This document shows, one piece after another, positions 16,536 through 31,888 of a stretch of 64,000 nt of DNA. The notes beneath the pieces are model-generated. The model was not told the DNA's origin and made no database searches. It saw only the letters and a program-made list of their open reading frames with translations. The stretch lies in the NCBI RefSeq assembly GCF_009914755.1, contig NC_060930.1; one strand, written 5' to 3'. The stretch's first letter is position 1, and each line of letters begins with the position of its first letter. The DNA is from the human T2T-CHM13v2.0 reference genome, Homo sapiens. The translations under genes were made by a program, and so were the position numbers.

Positions 16536-17897
16536 GGTTTTGTTTGTTTGTTTGAGACGGAGTCTCTTTGCCCAGCTGGAGTACAATGGCGCAATCTTGG
16601 CTCACTGCAACCCCCACCTCCCAGGTTCAAGGGATTCTCCTGCCTCAGCCTCCTGAGTAGCTGGGACTACAGGCATGCACCACCACGCCCGGCTAATATT
16701 TGTATTTTTAGTAGAGAAAGGGTTTCACCATGTTGGTCAGGCTGGTCTCAAACTCCTGGCCCCAAATGATCCGCCCACCTCAGCCTCTCAAAGTGCTGGG
16801 GTTACAGGCAATGAGCCACCACGCCCGGCCTTCCCCGTGATTTTTGTAGCTCACCTGTAAGATCGTGATTTCAAATCTTACCAGGCTCTTGTTTTGGCTG
16901 TGTGGCTCAAAAACTTGGCTTTTAGCCTTTAATTGTGAAAACATTCAAACACAAAAGTAGAGGGAAAAATGAATCCCCTGTCTACCTGCCATTCGGCATT
17001 GATAGTTATCAATATATTGCCATTTTTATTTCACTTGTCCCTGTATTTTTTATGAAAACGTGAATCTCCTAAAATTTAGTTTGTTTAAAGCCAGGCAAGA
17101 TTCTAATTTGTTGGGTTGGCTTTTTTTTTTTTCTTGCATTTAGATATAGAAGTTCAATTTTTTTATTTTATTGTAAATTGACAAATTATTATCGTTTTTT
17201 GAGATGGAGTCTTGCTCTGTCGCCCAGCTGGGAGTGCTGTGGCACAATCTTGGCTCACTGCAACCTCTTCCTCCCAGGTTCAAGTGATTCTCTGGCCTTA
17301 GCCTTCCGAGTAGCTGGGACTATAGGCGTGTGCTACCATGCCCGGCTAATTTTTGTATTTTTAGTAGAGATGGCATTTCACCATGTTGGCCAGGCTGGTA
17401 TCGAACTCCTGACCTCAGGTGATCCACCCGCTTCGGCCTCCCAAAGTGCTGGGATTATAGGCGTGAGCCACTGTGCTAGGCCAACAGATTAGGATGATTA
17501 TATATTATGGGGTACAAAGTGATCATATATGTGTACAATGTGGAATGATTAAATCAAGATGATTAACGTAGTCATCACCTCAAATACTTCTTTGTTTATT
17601 TATTTATCTTTTTTGAGGTGGAGTCTTGCTCTCTCACCCAGGCTGGAGTGCAGTGGCACCGATCTCGGCTCACTGTAACCTCCGCCTCCCAGGTTCAAGC
17701 GATTCTCCTGCCTCAGCCTCCTGAGTAGCTGGGACTACAGGCGCGTGCCATCACGTCCGGCTAATTTTTGTATTTTTAGTAGAGATGGGGTTTCGCCGTG
17801 TTGGCCAAGCTGGTCTCGAACTCCCGACTTCAAGTGATCCGCCCGCCTCGGCCTCCCAAAGTTCTGGGATTACAGACATGAGCCACTGCACCTGACC
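16536..17897 (-). mobile_element. Three antisense Alus (16536-16830, 17195-17483, 17590-17897) with old L1 3'-end fragments between and after them
   Basis: Alu consensus; L1M-like text (gaacatttgaaatttactc...attattaactatagttaccatgct). Confidence 0.88.
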
Positions 17898-19620
17898 ACT
17901 TATTGTTTGTAGGGAGAACATTTGAAATTTACTCTCCTAGTGATTTCAAAATATACATTATTATTAACTATAGTTACCATGCTATGCAAGTTCGAAATTT
18001 ACTTGGCAGATTTCGTGTGGCCAGCAGCAGAAATGGTGGCATGAACTGATTCTGAGACATTGGCCAAGACACATTTTTAAAAGCAAAGTGACCACTTGGG
18101 AAGGGTCGACCACAGCCTGGAAGAACAGGGAGCGCTCTGCTGGTGAGCTCGGGAGGACAAGGTCTGGGCCCTTTGACGGCACTGCCTCTAGCCCCGGGCA
18201 AGAGAGGGCCGAGGGCCATGTCCAGTGGCCTCTATGCTCCCCTTTCTGGATGACATTCCTGCTGCTCAAGACCCTGGAGTGTGCTAAGCACATAGTGCAG
18301 CCTGCTCAGCCCCCTCCCAGGGCCTCAGGCAGACTGTGCAGCCGTATGTCCACCCCAGGCCCGGGCGTTGGGGTGGCAAGGGCATGTTACAGGTGGAACG
18401 GGACACACACTAGCTGGGACTCTGTGTGTGTATGCACGAGGCTCCCTGCAGGGGGGCATGAAGCCCAGGTTGGGGGAAGTCGGGGAAGAGAAGGTGGCCA
18501 GGCTGGGGCCGCCCTCCCCACTGGCTACATAATGAACCTGGCCTTCCAGGTAGTCACGGTGGCATACTTTTCGAGGTAGGAGGATAGAACCTATTTTATT
18601 TAACTGTTTTACTTTGTTAGCTTGATTTAAAACTGAACAGCTGGGCATACAGGATGCAGCACTCATGAGTACTCTGGCCCCAGACCCTACAGATATTCAG
18701 GCAGACCTGTCCTGGGCACCTGTCCCAGCCCGTGTCTCTCTGCTGTGTCTCTCTTCTGGAGCGTTCCTGGGGTGCTCAGGGTCCCCTTTGTGCTTTTTGG
18801 CTGCTCAGTTTCTGTTGCTGGGCTCCTTCGGCCTTCCCACTGAGGATGGGGAATATATTCTGTTTTCTTTCCACTTGAATTGTCCTTAAAGCCATGGGTA
18901 AACTGGTTCAGGCTCAGACTTGGGAATTTGATCGGAGTCCCTTTAGCATTTCTGGGCAGGGCTTGTTGGTGTCGTGGCCAGCTGTCCTCGAGGTGAAAAC
19001 CAAATTGGGTTGGGAGGGTGCACATGACACTTAAAGCCCCCAGAGCTGCGGTGCCATCAACCACACACTGTGGACAGGAGGCTGTCAGTGGGCAGGCTGG
19101 GTCCACCTTCAAAGTCCATACGAAACAGCCCAGTTCAGGGTACTGCTTCTTTTCGAGATCTCACGGGCAGGAGCCTTCTGGCACTGTTCATGTAAATGTA
19201 AGTCATTCTTTCTTTCTGGAGGAAAATTTAGACAGGTGAATGAAAACCGGAGTGCTTAATCCGCTATTCTACATGCAGAAGTTTATCTCAGGAAACAGTC
19301 CCAGATCACTAGCCCATTTTGCTTCAAGGATGTTTATTGCAAGCTGTTTTGAGTTTTTCACTGGTTAAATAAACTTTGGTTCAACTTGATCATAATAGCT
19401 GACATTTGTGGAGTGTTTACCACCTACCAGGTGCTGATCCAAGTGGCTTACATTTATTAACTTACTTCATCCTTATGTCAAGGCAAGTACTAGTAATCTC
19501 CATTTTACACTTGGGGAAACTGAGGCACAAGAGGCCTAAGAACTTGCCTGAGGCTCCACCTCCAGTGGAAGGCTCCAGAGAACAATATGTTCAGTAAAAT
19601 CTCATTCTTATGTAAAAAAA

Positions 19621-19623
<3 letters not shown>

Positions 19624-19657
<34 letters not shown>
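19624..19657. repeat. (TA)n microsatellite
   Basis: About 16 perfect TA units. Confidence 0.95.
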
Positions 19658-19659
<2 letters not shown>

Positions 19660-21479
19660 AAAAAGACTCCCTTTGTCCTGTTGTCTCTGGCTTATCTTGG
19701 TTTTCATCTGACATACACTTTTGATCGAGGAGGTTCCCACTTGGGGAAACAGCCAGCCCCTTTCTGAGCAGAGGGTGTGGCACTACAAAGGCGAAACATG
19801 ATCTCTGGGAGAAACATGCTTGAAGCCCACGCTCCTGGGGGCAGAGCTGAGCCTCCACACGGATGTCCCCAGCACTGGGAGCAGAGGCTGATGCGGCCCC
19901 AAGGTGCTGAGGAAAGCGCCCCCCAGTGCAAAGGATGCTACAAGGCCCCAGGCTTCTCAAGGAACATGAGGCCTGGCAAACCCAGAACGTTAGACTGGGT
20001 CGGCTCCAAGATGCCCCTGGGTTTGAGCTGGAGAAGTGTCTGCGGGAGGGTGCTGGGGCTCCTGCAGAGCGTGTCTTCCTGACCCTGTGGGCTTTTCTGG
20101 GGGGGGCTAGGAGGCTCTGCCAAGTTGGTGGATGGAACTGTGCCTTGCCCTGGGGGGCACTGGGCAGGAGCCAGCCTCGGAGCGTGAGTCTGGTGCTGCG
20201 CCAGGAGGCTAGATGCCCCGGCCAGGTCCTGTGGGCTGCGCCGTCTGTGCCCTTGGCCCGCGAGGCTGGCAGGCTGCCACTGCTTGTAAAGCCTCCTGGT
20301 TGAAAAGGTGACTCGGAGCAGCGGATTCACTGGGAGCCTGTCAGCCACAGAGGCAGCTTGTGCTTGTGCCCCAGGCCCAGGCCGCAGGAGGTGGGATCAA
20401 GTTCCACGGCTCCAGTGTGAAGGTCTGAGCTTCATTCTAAGGCAGGTTTTTGAGGACATGGGGCTCTCGGGCACCTGGTTGTATTCCTGCATCCTGCATT
20501 CCTGCCCACTCTCTCATGCCTCCTTCTCCTTCTCCTTGGCGTGCCCCAAGCCAGCCTTCCATCTCAGATGGAGTTGTATGTTTCTAGTGAGCCCACACAC
20601 CCCCTGAGGACAGGGCCTCACCCCCGCACGCCTGCTTCTTCATCACAGCTGCTAGGAAATGAAGATGCATGTCCCCAGGGGCCTTTGAAGTAGGATGTGG
20701 TCTCCCTGAGCAGAACTCTGACTCTAAATTCTCTCCTGGCTCTGGCGTTGGTGTGGGACTTGGGTTGCGGGAGGGGGCAGGTTGTTAGCGGCTGCTGCTC
20801 AGACCCAGCGGAGGACCGGGCTGCTCCAGGCTCCCGGCAAGATGTAGCAAAATGGCCAAATTTAAGGTGAGCACGGGCTCCCGTGCAGTTTCTCACCCCT
20901 GCTGCTGGCTGCCTGTCTGTGAATGCTAAGGCGAGGGGTGGTTCTACATTGACTTCTTACTGACTGGTGGGAGTAACCCGGAAGAGGCAAATGACTTCCT
21001 TCCCTTTCCTCGGCTCTGAACCTAGAATGTTCCAGTGATACCACCTCCAAACTCTTCACCTGTGTCCTTTCCCACCTCTCTGCCCTGAGGACAGGGAACT
21101 AAGTGGCTGCTCACGGTGGGTAAAACTGAGGCTTACAAGACACCTTGGGCAATGGGACAGCCAGACCCCAGCCCTCAGCACCTGCCTCTCCCATCCCAAG
21201 CCCCAGTCTCTTTTTCAGCTGCAAAGTCAATACCTTTGCTTTCAGAGAGGGAGCATGTGCCACGCCAGGAGAGGCTTTGGGTGTATCACAGATGGAGACT
21301 GCCTAGCTTAACTGCGCAGTCTGAATGATTCTAAGGAGGGGAAGAGAGAACGCCTCTGGAGCCTGGCACACACATTTGCCGGAGAAAGTGGTGAGTGCGT
21401 TGTGACCAGGTGAGGGACGAACCTTAAGGAGATTGGCTGAGAACACCTCCCCTCCTCACCCTAAGTCAACAAACCCGGG

Positions 21480-21632
21480 ACAGCAGTGCTTCCAAAACCT
21501 TACTTGTTCACCTCACCTGGAGATTCTTGTGGCAAATCGGGTTCTGCCTCGTTGGCTCTGGGGTGGGCCTTGAGAGCCTGCCGTTCTAACAAGCTCCCAG
21601 GTGATGCTGATCCACGACCAGCTTTGAGTACC
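21480..21632. mobile_element. MER5A-like hAT MITE
   Basis: ctaacaagctcccaggtgatgctgat core; similar copies at ~38560-38740, ~58570-58745 and ~61120-61250. Confidence 0.7.
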
Positions 21633-22174
21633 AGGATCTCGCATCAGCTTGGGAGGGAGGAGACCTGAATCCTAGCCCTGGCTCCTTAGGCTCTTCTTTC
21701 CAGTGGGGGAATTTAGTTAATTGCTCCGGGCCCCAATATCTTAATCTGAAAACAAATGAATGACAACCTAGTTGCCTTTCCTACTCTGAGATTCCATGCG
21801 TCTTAAAAGAAAAAAGTTTTAAAACTAAACATGTCACCGTCACCATCGCTACTTCACACACCTAAAGTTATAAACCACTCAGAAATGCAAATCTTAGGAG
21901 ATGTGATCTGGCAAGGCAAAATCGAAGATGGCTTTGAGGTCTCAGCTAAACCTAGAAATCTGATGCTCTGCATTTTTTATGGGATGCTTGTGAATTAATG
22001 AAAATACATGAGATTATCTCTCCTTGAGTCTACCCTTTCCTACAACCAGCAAAAACTTATAAAAAGCAATTGAAGCTTACTTTGGGAATGCCAAGGGATT
22101 GATTAAAATATCATGGACTGTGCTGATTCCATGGCTGGTTTAGCAGATTCTTGTTAAAAGCCATGACTTTTTAA

Positions 22175-23862
<1,688 letters not shown>

Positions 23863-23957
23863 GGCCATGGCATTCTTAAAAACATAACTTTCATTCTTGC
23901 ATAGCTTTTTTTTTTTTTTTTTTTTTTTTTAAGTAACCTGGACTGTCATTTGGCTAG

Positions 23958-24309
<352 letters not shown>

Positions 24310-26760
24310 AGTGTGTGGTCTTTTTTATCTGTCTGTTTAAACTGTCTGTTTTATATGTTGCATGAACCCCGCTTTACCATGAATCTTATCAATGACTGAT
24401 AAATATTGTCTATTGGAAACATTCTCTTTAAGAGGAGGTGACCGTTCTCTGCAGCTCCTGCTGATTCAGCAAAGCTGAGGTCAGGTGGAGCCAGCTGGGC
24501 AGAGATGAGTGATTAGAAGGCTGTCATTGGCAGTGACAGTCCACGTGCTCCAGGGCAGAACAGTGACACTGGCTGTCACAGTCTGTTTCAACAATGGAGG
24601 TTGTTTGTTTTTATTTAAATGATGTGAATAAAGAAAGGAATCTTTGAAAACTAAGGCTGGAGCTGCCCAGGCCTGAGCCAGGCCCTTGTAACAAGGCCCT
24701 TCTGGGTGGGGGATCTACCTCTCTTTTCACCTGGACCACCTGGCGGTGGGTGGCGAGCTCAGAACCACAGCTGGGTGGAAAATGGGAGGGCCAGCAGCGA
24801 GCTGCAGGAATGGAATTCCATGATGGCATCTCATGTCTCCAGAGTGGACAGACAGAAGCTTGTGTTTTCATTTCAAAGGGCATCTGCCACGCCCTCCAGG
24901 CAGACCACATAAATGGCATTTTTGGGTGAGGCCTGAGGGATTCTGTCTGGTGGTATACACTGATTTTAACCAGAAGCAATAGATTTGGGCTCTTTTTGAC
25001 AGGGGAAGATAGATGAGAGATGATTTCCATGAGGATGTTGAAAATATTGGCAATTCTGAAGACCCCAGGGAGTCCCAGGGGGTTCCTGGCCAGGAGCGCC
25101 CCTCCATTGCCCTGCACCACCTTGCTTTCCAGGCTGTGGCTCTGTGTGTCTGAATCTACGGCATGGGGGCACTTCCTTCTAATTCACAGAAGAAGCTATA
25201 TGGGCCCCAGACTGCCCATCCTGCTAAAACTGGCAAAGGCCTTTTCCCAGCCTGAGCAGTAGTGATTCAGCCAACTGCAGAAGTGGTATTTGGAGCTCAC
25301 CCTTAAAACATAAAGCAAGTTATGTTCAGACTATATACAGGCAATGAGAAAATATGATGAAATATGACTGCGTATGAATAGCCCCAGACTTCTAGGGCCT
25401 TTGAGTGTGTCTGTCTTGGGCAACATCTTCTCCTTTTAGATTTCAGGCTCAGTTTACTGTCAGGAAAATTAAGTTGCTGAGAGCGTCTCAGAATTTTGGC
25501 TTAAAAGAGAATATACACCTGGAACAAAGACTTGAGGGGTGCTCCTATTAAAAAAAACAAACAGTGTGTGAGCTTCAAAGGAGCACCTTGAAACTCCAGT
25601 TCCATCACATCCACTCTGCTGGGCCCTCCTAGGGCAGCTCTCTGTCTTGTGCCTGCCTTCTCTTCTGAACACTCCTAAGGTATTTTGAGTGCGGAGGATA
25701 GGATCATACACTCAGGAAAGCCGAGAGCTAGATCCTGAAGCATCTGTGCGGGAAATGCCCATCTGTGCCTGAAATGAGCATCTGCGAGTGAAGTGATCCC
25801 ATGTCTGGGATCTGTTTGGCATGCGCCAGGAGACAGACGGACACATGCATGCACACACACACACAGCGGGGACGGGGAGTTGGTGAAATAAGAGTGGGAA
25901 AATGTTGACACCTCCGTGAGCCGGGTGACAAGCTGCTTGGTGGTTCACTAGACAGGGAGTTATAAATTGGCCGCTTTTCAACATCGACAGATAAAAATCA
26001 ATAGCCTTCCCATAATGCCATCATTAATCAATTAGAGTCTGTAATGGGAAAAGCAGATGCCACTCCCCCACAGTTTCTGGGAATAAACAAAGTGTATAAG
26101 GCCTAAAAGAAGAAAGCTATAGAACTTGACTGAAGCCCACATCTGTGGAAAGGCATACTATGTTCTTGGAGTGGGAACATCAACACTATAGAGATGGCAG
26201 TTCCTCTCCAGTTAATCTGGAAGTGCAAGTATCGATGAGTAAATCCAATTAAATTCCAACAAGAGCCTGGTCTAAAATGTAACAGGCTGATTTTACAGTA
26301 TCGCTGGACTCCCCCTACATCCAAACTTATTCTTACCTTCATTCTCCCATTTTGGTTAATGGCAGCACCATCCAGGCAACTGCTGGTAATAAAAGCCTGT
26401 GAGTCATTCTGACGCCCCTTCCTTCCTCAGCCTCATCCAACCTACCAGCCAGTAGTGAATCCCACCCCAAAACAGATGGTGAATCCCACCGAGTCCCCCG
26501 GTCATCGCTGCTACATCGAGAGTGCAGCCACTGCCCCATGTGCTTTCCTGGTCTGCTTGGCAGCCTTTGAACTAGTCTCCTGGCTCTTCCCCTGCTCCCC
26601 GTATAGGGATCTGCTTGAAGCTCACACAGCCCTGATCCTCTGCCCCTGCCTCTTTCTCCACCCTCATCTCCCACCATTTCCTGGGCTCACTGCATTCAGC
26701 AGCCTGACTTGTTCCTGCTCAGAATCTTCACACCCACCTGCATGCACTCCCTCCCCCAGG

Positions 26761-27169
26761 TGATATGGTTTGGATCTATGTCCCCACCCGAAGTCATGTT
26801 GAAATGTGATCCCCAGTGCTGGAGATGGGGCCCAGTGGGAGGTGATTGGGCCATGGTGGTGGTTTCTCATGAATGGTCAGCACCATCCCCCCTGGGGTTA
26901 TCATTGAAACAGTGAGTTGCCACAAGATCTGATTGTTTAAAAGTGTGTGGCACCCACCCCACCCTCTTGGTCCTGCTCCTGCCATGTAAGTTGCCTATTC
27001 CCACTTTGCCTTCCACCATGAGTAAAAGCTCCCCGAGGCCTCCCAAGAAGCAGATGCTGCCATGCTTCCCGTATAGCCTACAGATCCATGAGCCAATTAA
27101 ATCTCTTTTCTTTATAAATTACCCAGTCTCAGGCATTTCTTTATAGCAGTGCGAGAACAGACTAGTACA
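26761..27169 (+). mobile_element. MST MaLR solo LTR inserted in L2
   Basis: tgatatggtttggatc...gactagtaca with TSD ccagg/ccaag. Confidence 0.85.
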
Positions 27170-27407
27170 CCAAGGGTTGGCCTGGCTGCTGCTGCCTCCG
27201 TCTCCCCACCTACCCCGCCCCCCCCCCACCCAGCTTCGTGACTGCAGTAAGACCTTCCTGACCTCTGTGGCTGGAATACCCTGCAGCCCCCACACACCAA
27301 CTGTCTCTGCCCCATGCCTGGTTTCCTTTCTTCTTGGCGCTTATCACTGAAATTACCTTATGTGTGTGCTTACGTGGGTGTCTTCTGTTGTCCACTGCAA
27401 AAATGCA

Positions 27408-27860
27408 TTGTGGGTTGAATTGTGTGCCCCAGAAAAATACATTGCTGTCCTAACCCGGGATACCTTGCAATCTTATTTGGAAATAGGGTCTTTGCAGATG
27501 CAATGAAGATGTAAGTTAAGATGGGATCGTACTGGTATAGGGTGGGCCTTTAATCCAATGTGACTGGCGTGCTTATAAGAAGAAAAGGGACACAGGCAGA
27601 CGCACGTAGAGGGGAGAATGTCATGTGAAGGCATACAGGGAAGACAGCCATATGACAATGGAGGCAGAGATGGGAGTGACACTGCCGCAAGACAAGGAAT
27701 GCCTGGGCTACCGGAAGCTGGGAAAAGCAAGGGAAGATGCTCCTACCCACGCCTTGATCTTGGATTTCTGGCCTCCAGAACTGTGAGACAATAAATTTGC
27801 TGTTGTTTCAAGCCCCCCGTTCTGTGGTTCTTTGTTACAGCAACCCAGGCAACTAATACA
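27408..27860 (+). mobile_element. MLT1 (B/C-like) LTR
   Basis: tgtgggttgaattgtgtgcccc...cttatttggaaatagggtctttgcagatg...gcaactaataca. Confidence 0.85.
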
Positions 27861-30253
27861 GGGGCATTGTGTATCTCGTTCAGTACCTTACCTTAACACT
27901 GCCTCGTGTGGAAATGAGGCTTGGCAAACACTGTTGAATGACGAAGCATTGGCAAAAAAATAGCCAAGATTTTGAAAAGGATCCACAAAGGCAGACTGAT
28001 TTACCAGGTAGCACAACATATTATAAAGCCCTAACCATCGTGGAGGCTGTCAGCACAAATCAACACAGTAGAGTGGAAGGCTCAGAACAGACTTGTGTGA
28101 GCAGTGTTACTTTGTTTCTTATAAAGGTGATGACTTCAGTCGGTCAGAGAAAGGTAAGGGTGGATACTCAGCACCTGCTGTTGGTGTGGTTGATCAGTGC
28201 AGTGCCTAAGAGGCCCCTGCTCTATTCAACTGGATATTCACGCAGGCATTCTTGGCCGGTCTGCTCAGAGAGGAATAGGCTGGAAACCTTGGCTGGCCAG
28301 CAGGATGCTGCCTGCTGCTCTGCTTCCAGGGGAGCGAGGGGTCTTCCTGGCAGTTTTTGCAGGTGGCTGCACACACAGGTGTCCTTCTGGTCACTAGCTC
28401 CTCCCCCAGCTGAAAGCCCTGGGTCCCCAAGGAGCCAGAATCCCTTATAAAATTACCAGCCTTACAGAGCCCTGGGTTCACACAGGGGACATTCCATGTT
28501 ACAAGAGTTACCACACCTAAGGAAGCCCCATGCCTGGCTTCTTCACCGAGTGGTTATAATTCACTTATGGGTCTTCCCTGTCCAGAGGCAATTTGCCAAT
28601 CAAGGTCATTTTTACCATGAGCAATGTTGTCTAGTAACAGAGTTGACGTTCCATCTTGATTGGGGTTCCCAGGGAACCAGAGCTAGATAATTAAACATTA
28701 AATTCTCATACAGAAGGGAAGAAAGATTTTGCTAAGCCTGTGACCAAAACTATCCATATGGACACTAAGTGAGAGTCCTATGTTTTATCATACATTAAAA
28801 TAAATGCAGAGGTATTTAAGTGTAAAAAAACAACTTTCAAAGTATTAGAAAATATAGGCTATGCTTTCACAGTGTTACGGCATGGAAAGATGTTCTAAGG
28901 AAAGCATCAAACTCAGAAGTCATAAAGGAAATAAACCTGACAGATATGGGAAATATTTTTATTGAAGTGTAACATACATAGAGAAAAATGAACACTCGAA
29001 GCGTTGAGCTCCATGAATCTTCACCCGGTGAACACACCCACATAGCCAGCACGCAGATCTGGAGAGAGAACGTTTGCATCCCAGGCCCCTGCCTCCCATT
29101 CCCCCTGTGTCCGAATGATAGATTTGACTACATAAAAATGGAAAACTCCAATATATCAAAAGACACCATAAACGTAGTGAAAAGACAAGCAACAGCCCAG
29201 AAGGAAAGTTTGTGCAGCCTTTTGTAACATAGAAAAAGGCCAAAGATGGATGATCATAGCATATAAAAGAACTCCTATAGATCATGAAGAAGGAAGGACA
29301 AATAGTTCAACAGAGAAATTGGCAAAGGATATAATGAGCAATTCTCCAAAGGAAAAATACAAATGGCCAAAACAATGGAGCCAGTGTGGCCGGCTCTGCC
29401 CAGCACGGCCATTTGCACATGGTCACTGTTGGGTGGGTGAGGGCTGCTTGCCCCGTCTCCAGCCCCACTCTCTTGCCATCTCCCCCTGTGATTCAGGCAT
29501 GGAGCTCAGGCCCCAGGTGGCAGGCAGCGCACTCTGCTCAGTTACCCCAGCTCCTGGCTTCATGGCCATGCCCTGGCACCTGTCTCCCTCCCCTTAGCCT
29601 GCTGACCTTTTTCCCATGGGATGTTTGGTTGTCTCTGTACAGGCTCTGAGCCAGCCCTATGGGCTTCCAGACAAGCCCAGATTGAGCCTGCCCTCTAGGG
29701 AGCACCCCTGTGTAGCTTCCAGCTGAGACCTTGAGACACAGGCCCAGGGAGCCAAGCTCAGGGCTGCGAACATCCAGGTGGGGCTCAGGTGCTAGAGGCG
29801 GACAACAGCCTGGTGCAGGACCCAGAGTGGCAAGAGGTAGTAAGGGGGCCATGGTGTTCAGAAATTGGGGCAGGTGGTGGGTAAGGCATCCTGCTTCTAA
29901 AGGCCAGGGTTTGGGAGGGCAAGGAAGCCCCTGGCAGGAGTCAGGGCAGGCATCCCGGGCAGGTAGTGTTTGTTCTGTGAAGCAGGCTTCCCCAAGGAGG
30001 GGCCCTAGAGCAGAAAGCTGTGATGTGCAGGTGACTGGGAGACCTGTTCTCTTTCGAGCCGTGCAGCTCCGGTTAGTGGATGACAGATTTCAAGCCCTGC
30101 TCAGGCCAGTGTTTTTCACACATGTTTGACCTTTGGTTGACAGCACACAGCACAACAGCTTATGGTCCAGGAGTGCACCTCGGCATGCAGTTTGGGAATC
30201 CTGGCGATGATGTGATTAAGATTCTGGGGCCAGGTTCTCACCAAGCCAAAAGG

Positions 30254-30254
<1 letters not shown>

Positions 30255-30294
<40 letters not shown>
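30255..30294. repeat. Poly-T tract (~40 nt)
   Basis: Homopolymer with no adjacent Alu body. Confidence 0.9.
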
Positions 30295-30295
<1 letters not shown>

Positions 30296-31577
30296 AGGCA
30301 GGAGCTAATTCTAGGTACAGAAAACCATTGGTAAAGTGGAGGAAGCTGTTTCCAGATCCACGGAATGACGGTAACTAGCGTCACTTGAGAAGGTTTCTTC
30401 TGCCCTTTTGTAAAAAATAGCATGATGTTTTCTCCTAGAGACAGACAGGGCCTCTGTACGTAAGAGCAGACATGTATGGAGAAGGCCGGAGAGTCACAAA
30501 CCATATGTGCCTGAGATGTGCCACCTGTGGGGCTGTGAATAAGGAAGCAGAATCAGTGTGTTTACTCAGAGCTGGATTTGGCTGTTTGTTCCTTCATCTT
30601 TCTTGGACCACATGTCCTGGTGTTCAGAGGCTCCTGAGAGCCTGGGGCTCAGTAGGCCGTCTCATAGCCCCTCTAACCCAGGTGAGAAAACAGGTCCCAG
30701 TGGGTCCCTAACCCATGCTCATTTTCTCACCAAACAACAACAAATAAATCAGAAAGTCCTGAAAAATGAATTCTGGCCTGTTTTCTGGATTCTGGATTGA
30801 AATATGGAGTAGGAGCTGACTTTTAGTAAGTTGATCAACTCTCCCCGCCGACCCCCTAGCCTTCTGGAACTGTCTTCAGTAAACACAACCCCCGCCACCC
30901 CTGACCTACCCGCACCGCACTGTGGTCGGCCTCTTCTTTGAACACTTCCCTTACAGCACGCACTCCCCCCAAGCTGGGCCTTCTCTTGAGACCACTCTGC
31001 TGTCCTTGGGAGTGATGGTGGAGGCGGGGTAGACACCCTGTCCCTGTCTCGTGGTGCTCCTTTGGGCCACAGCTCCTCTTCCCTCCGTAGGAGGAACCAT
31101 CTGGAATCCATCTTCCTCCTTGACCACACCTCTCCATTCATTAAGGAGCAGAGTTCCCTGCTCACTGGGTCTCTCTACCCCTCCTCTGTCCCTGTCTGGG
31201 TGAGGTCACAGAGAGCCTCACCCGCCTGCTCTGTTGGCCTCTCACTTGCCGTCCTCTCTGCCCCGTTCCCTCTCCTGCACACCTGTCCGCGGTATCCCCA
31301 GCTCTTAGTGACTCTAGCCCTCTCCCGCCCTCCTCTGCACCCTGCATGCACTTGTGTTGCTGAATGTGGCCGGAGAAAAACACAGCCATCTTGACTGTTC
31401 TGTGAGACTTCATAGATTTCCAGGGCTGTGTGGAATCAAAAAATCTTCCTGCATTTCCCCAGCCATCTGGCCTCCAGGATGACTATTTCACATCTCCTCA
31501 AGCCTTTCACATCTCATCCCCCTCACACCTGATGATTTTGCTTCCTATTTCACTGGGAAAATGAAGGTAACTGAGAA

Positions 31578-31888
31578 CTTTCTTTTTTTTTTTTTTTTTT
31601 TTTTGAGATGGAGCCTGGCTCTTGTTCCCCAGGCTGGAGTGCAATGGCACGATCTCGGCTCACTGCAACCTCCACCTCCCGGGTTCAAGCGATTTCTCCT
31701 GCCTCAGCCTCCCAAGTAGCTGGGACTACAGGCGCCCGCCACCACGCCTGGCTCATTGTCTTGTATTTTTAGTAGAGACGGGGTTTCATCATGTTGGCCA
31801 GGCTGGTCTCGATCTTCTGACCTCGTGAGCCGCCCACCTCGGCCTCCCAAAGTGCTGGGATTACAGGCATGAGCCACCGCGCCCAGCC
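31578..31888 (-). mobile_element. Alu
   Basis: Full antisense Alu with TSD aaggtaactgagaactt/aaggtagctaagaactt. Confidence 0.93.
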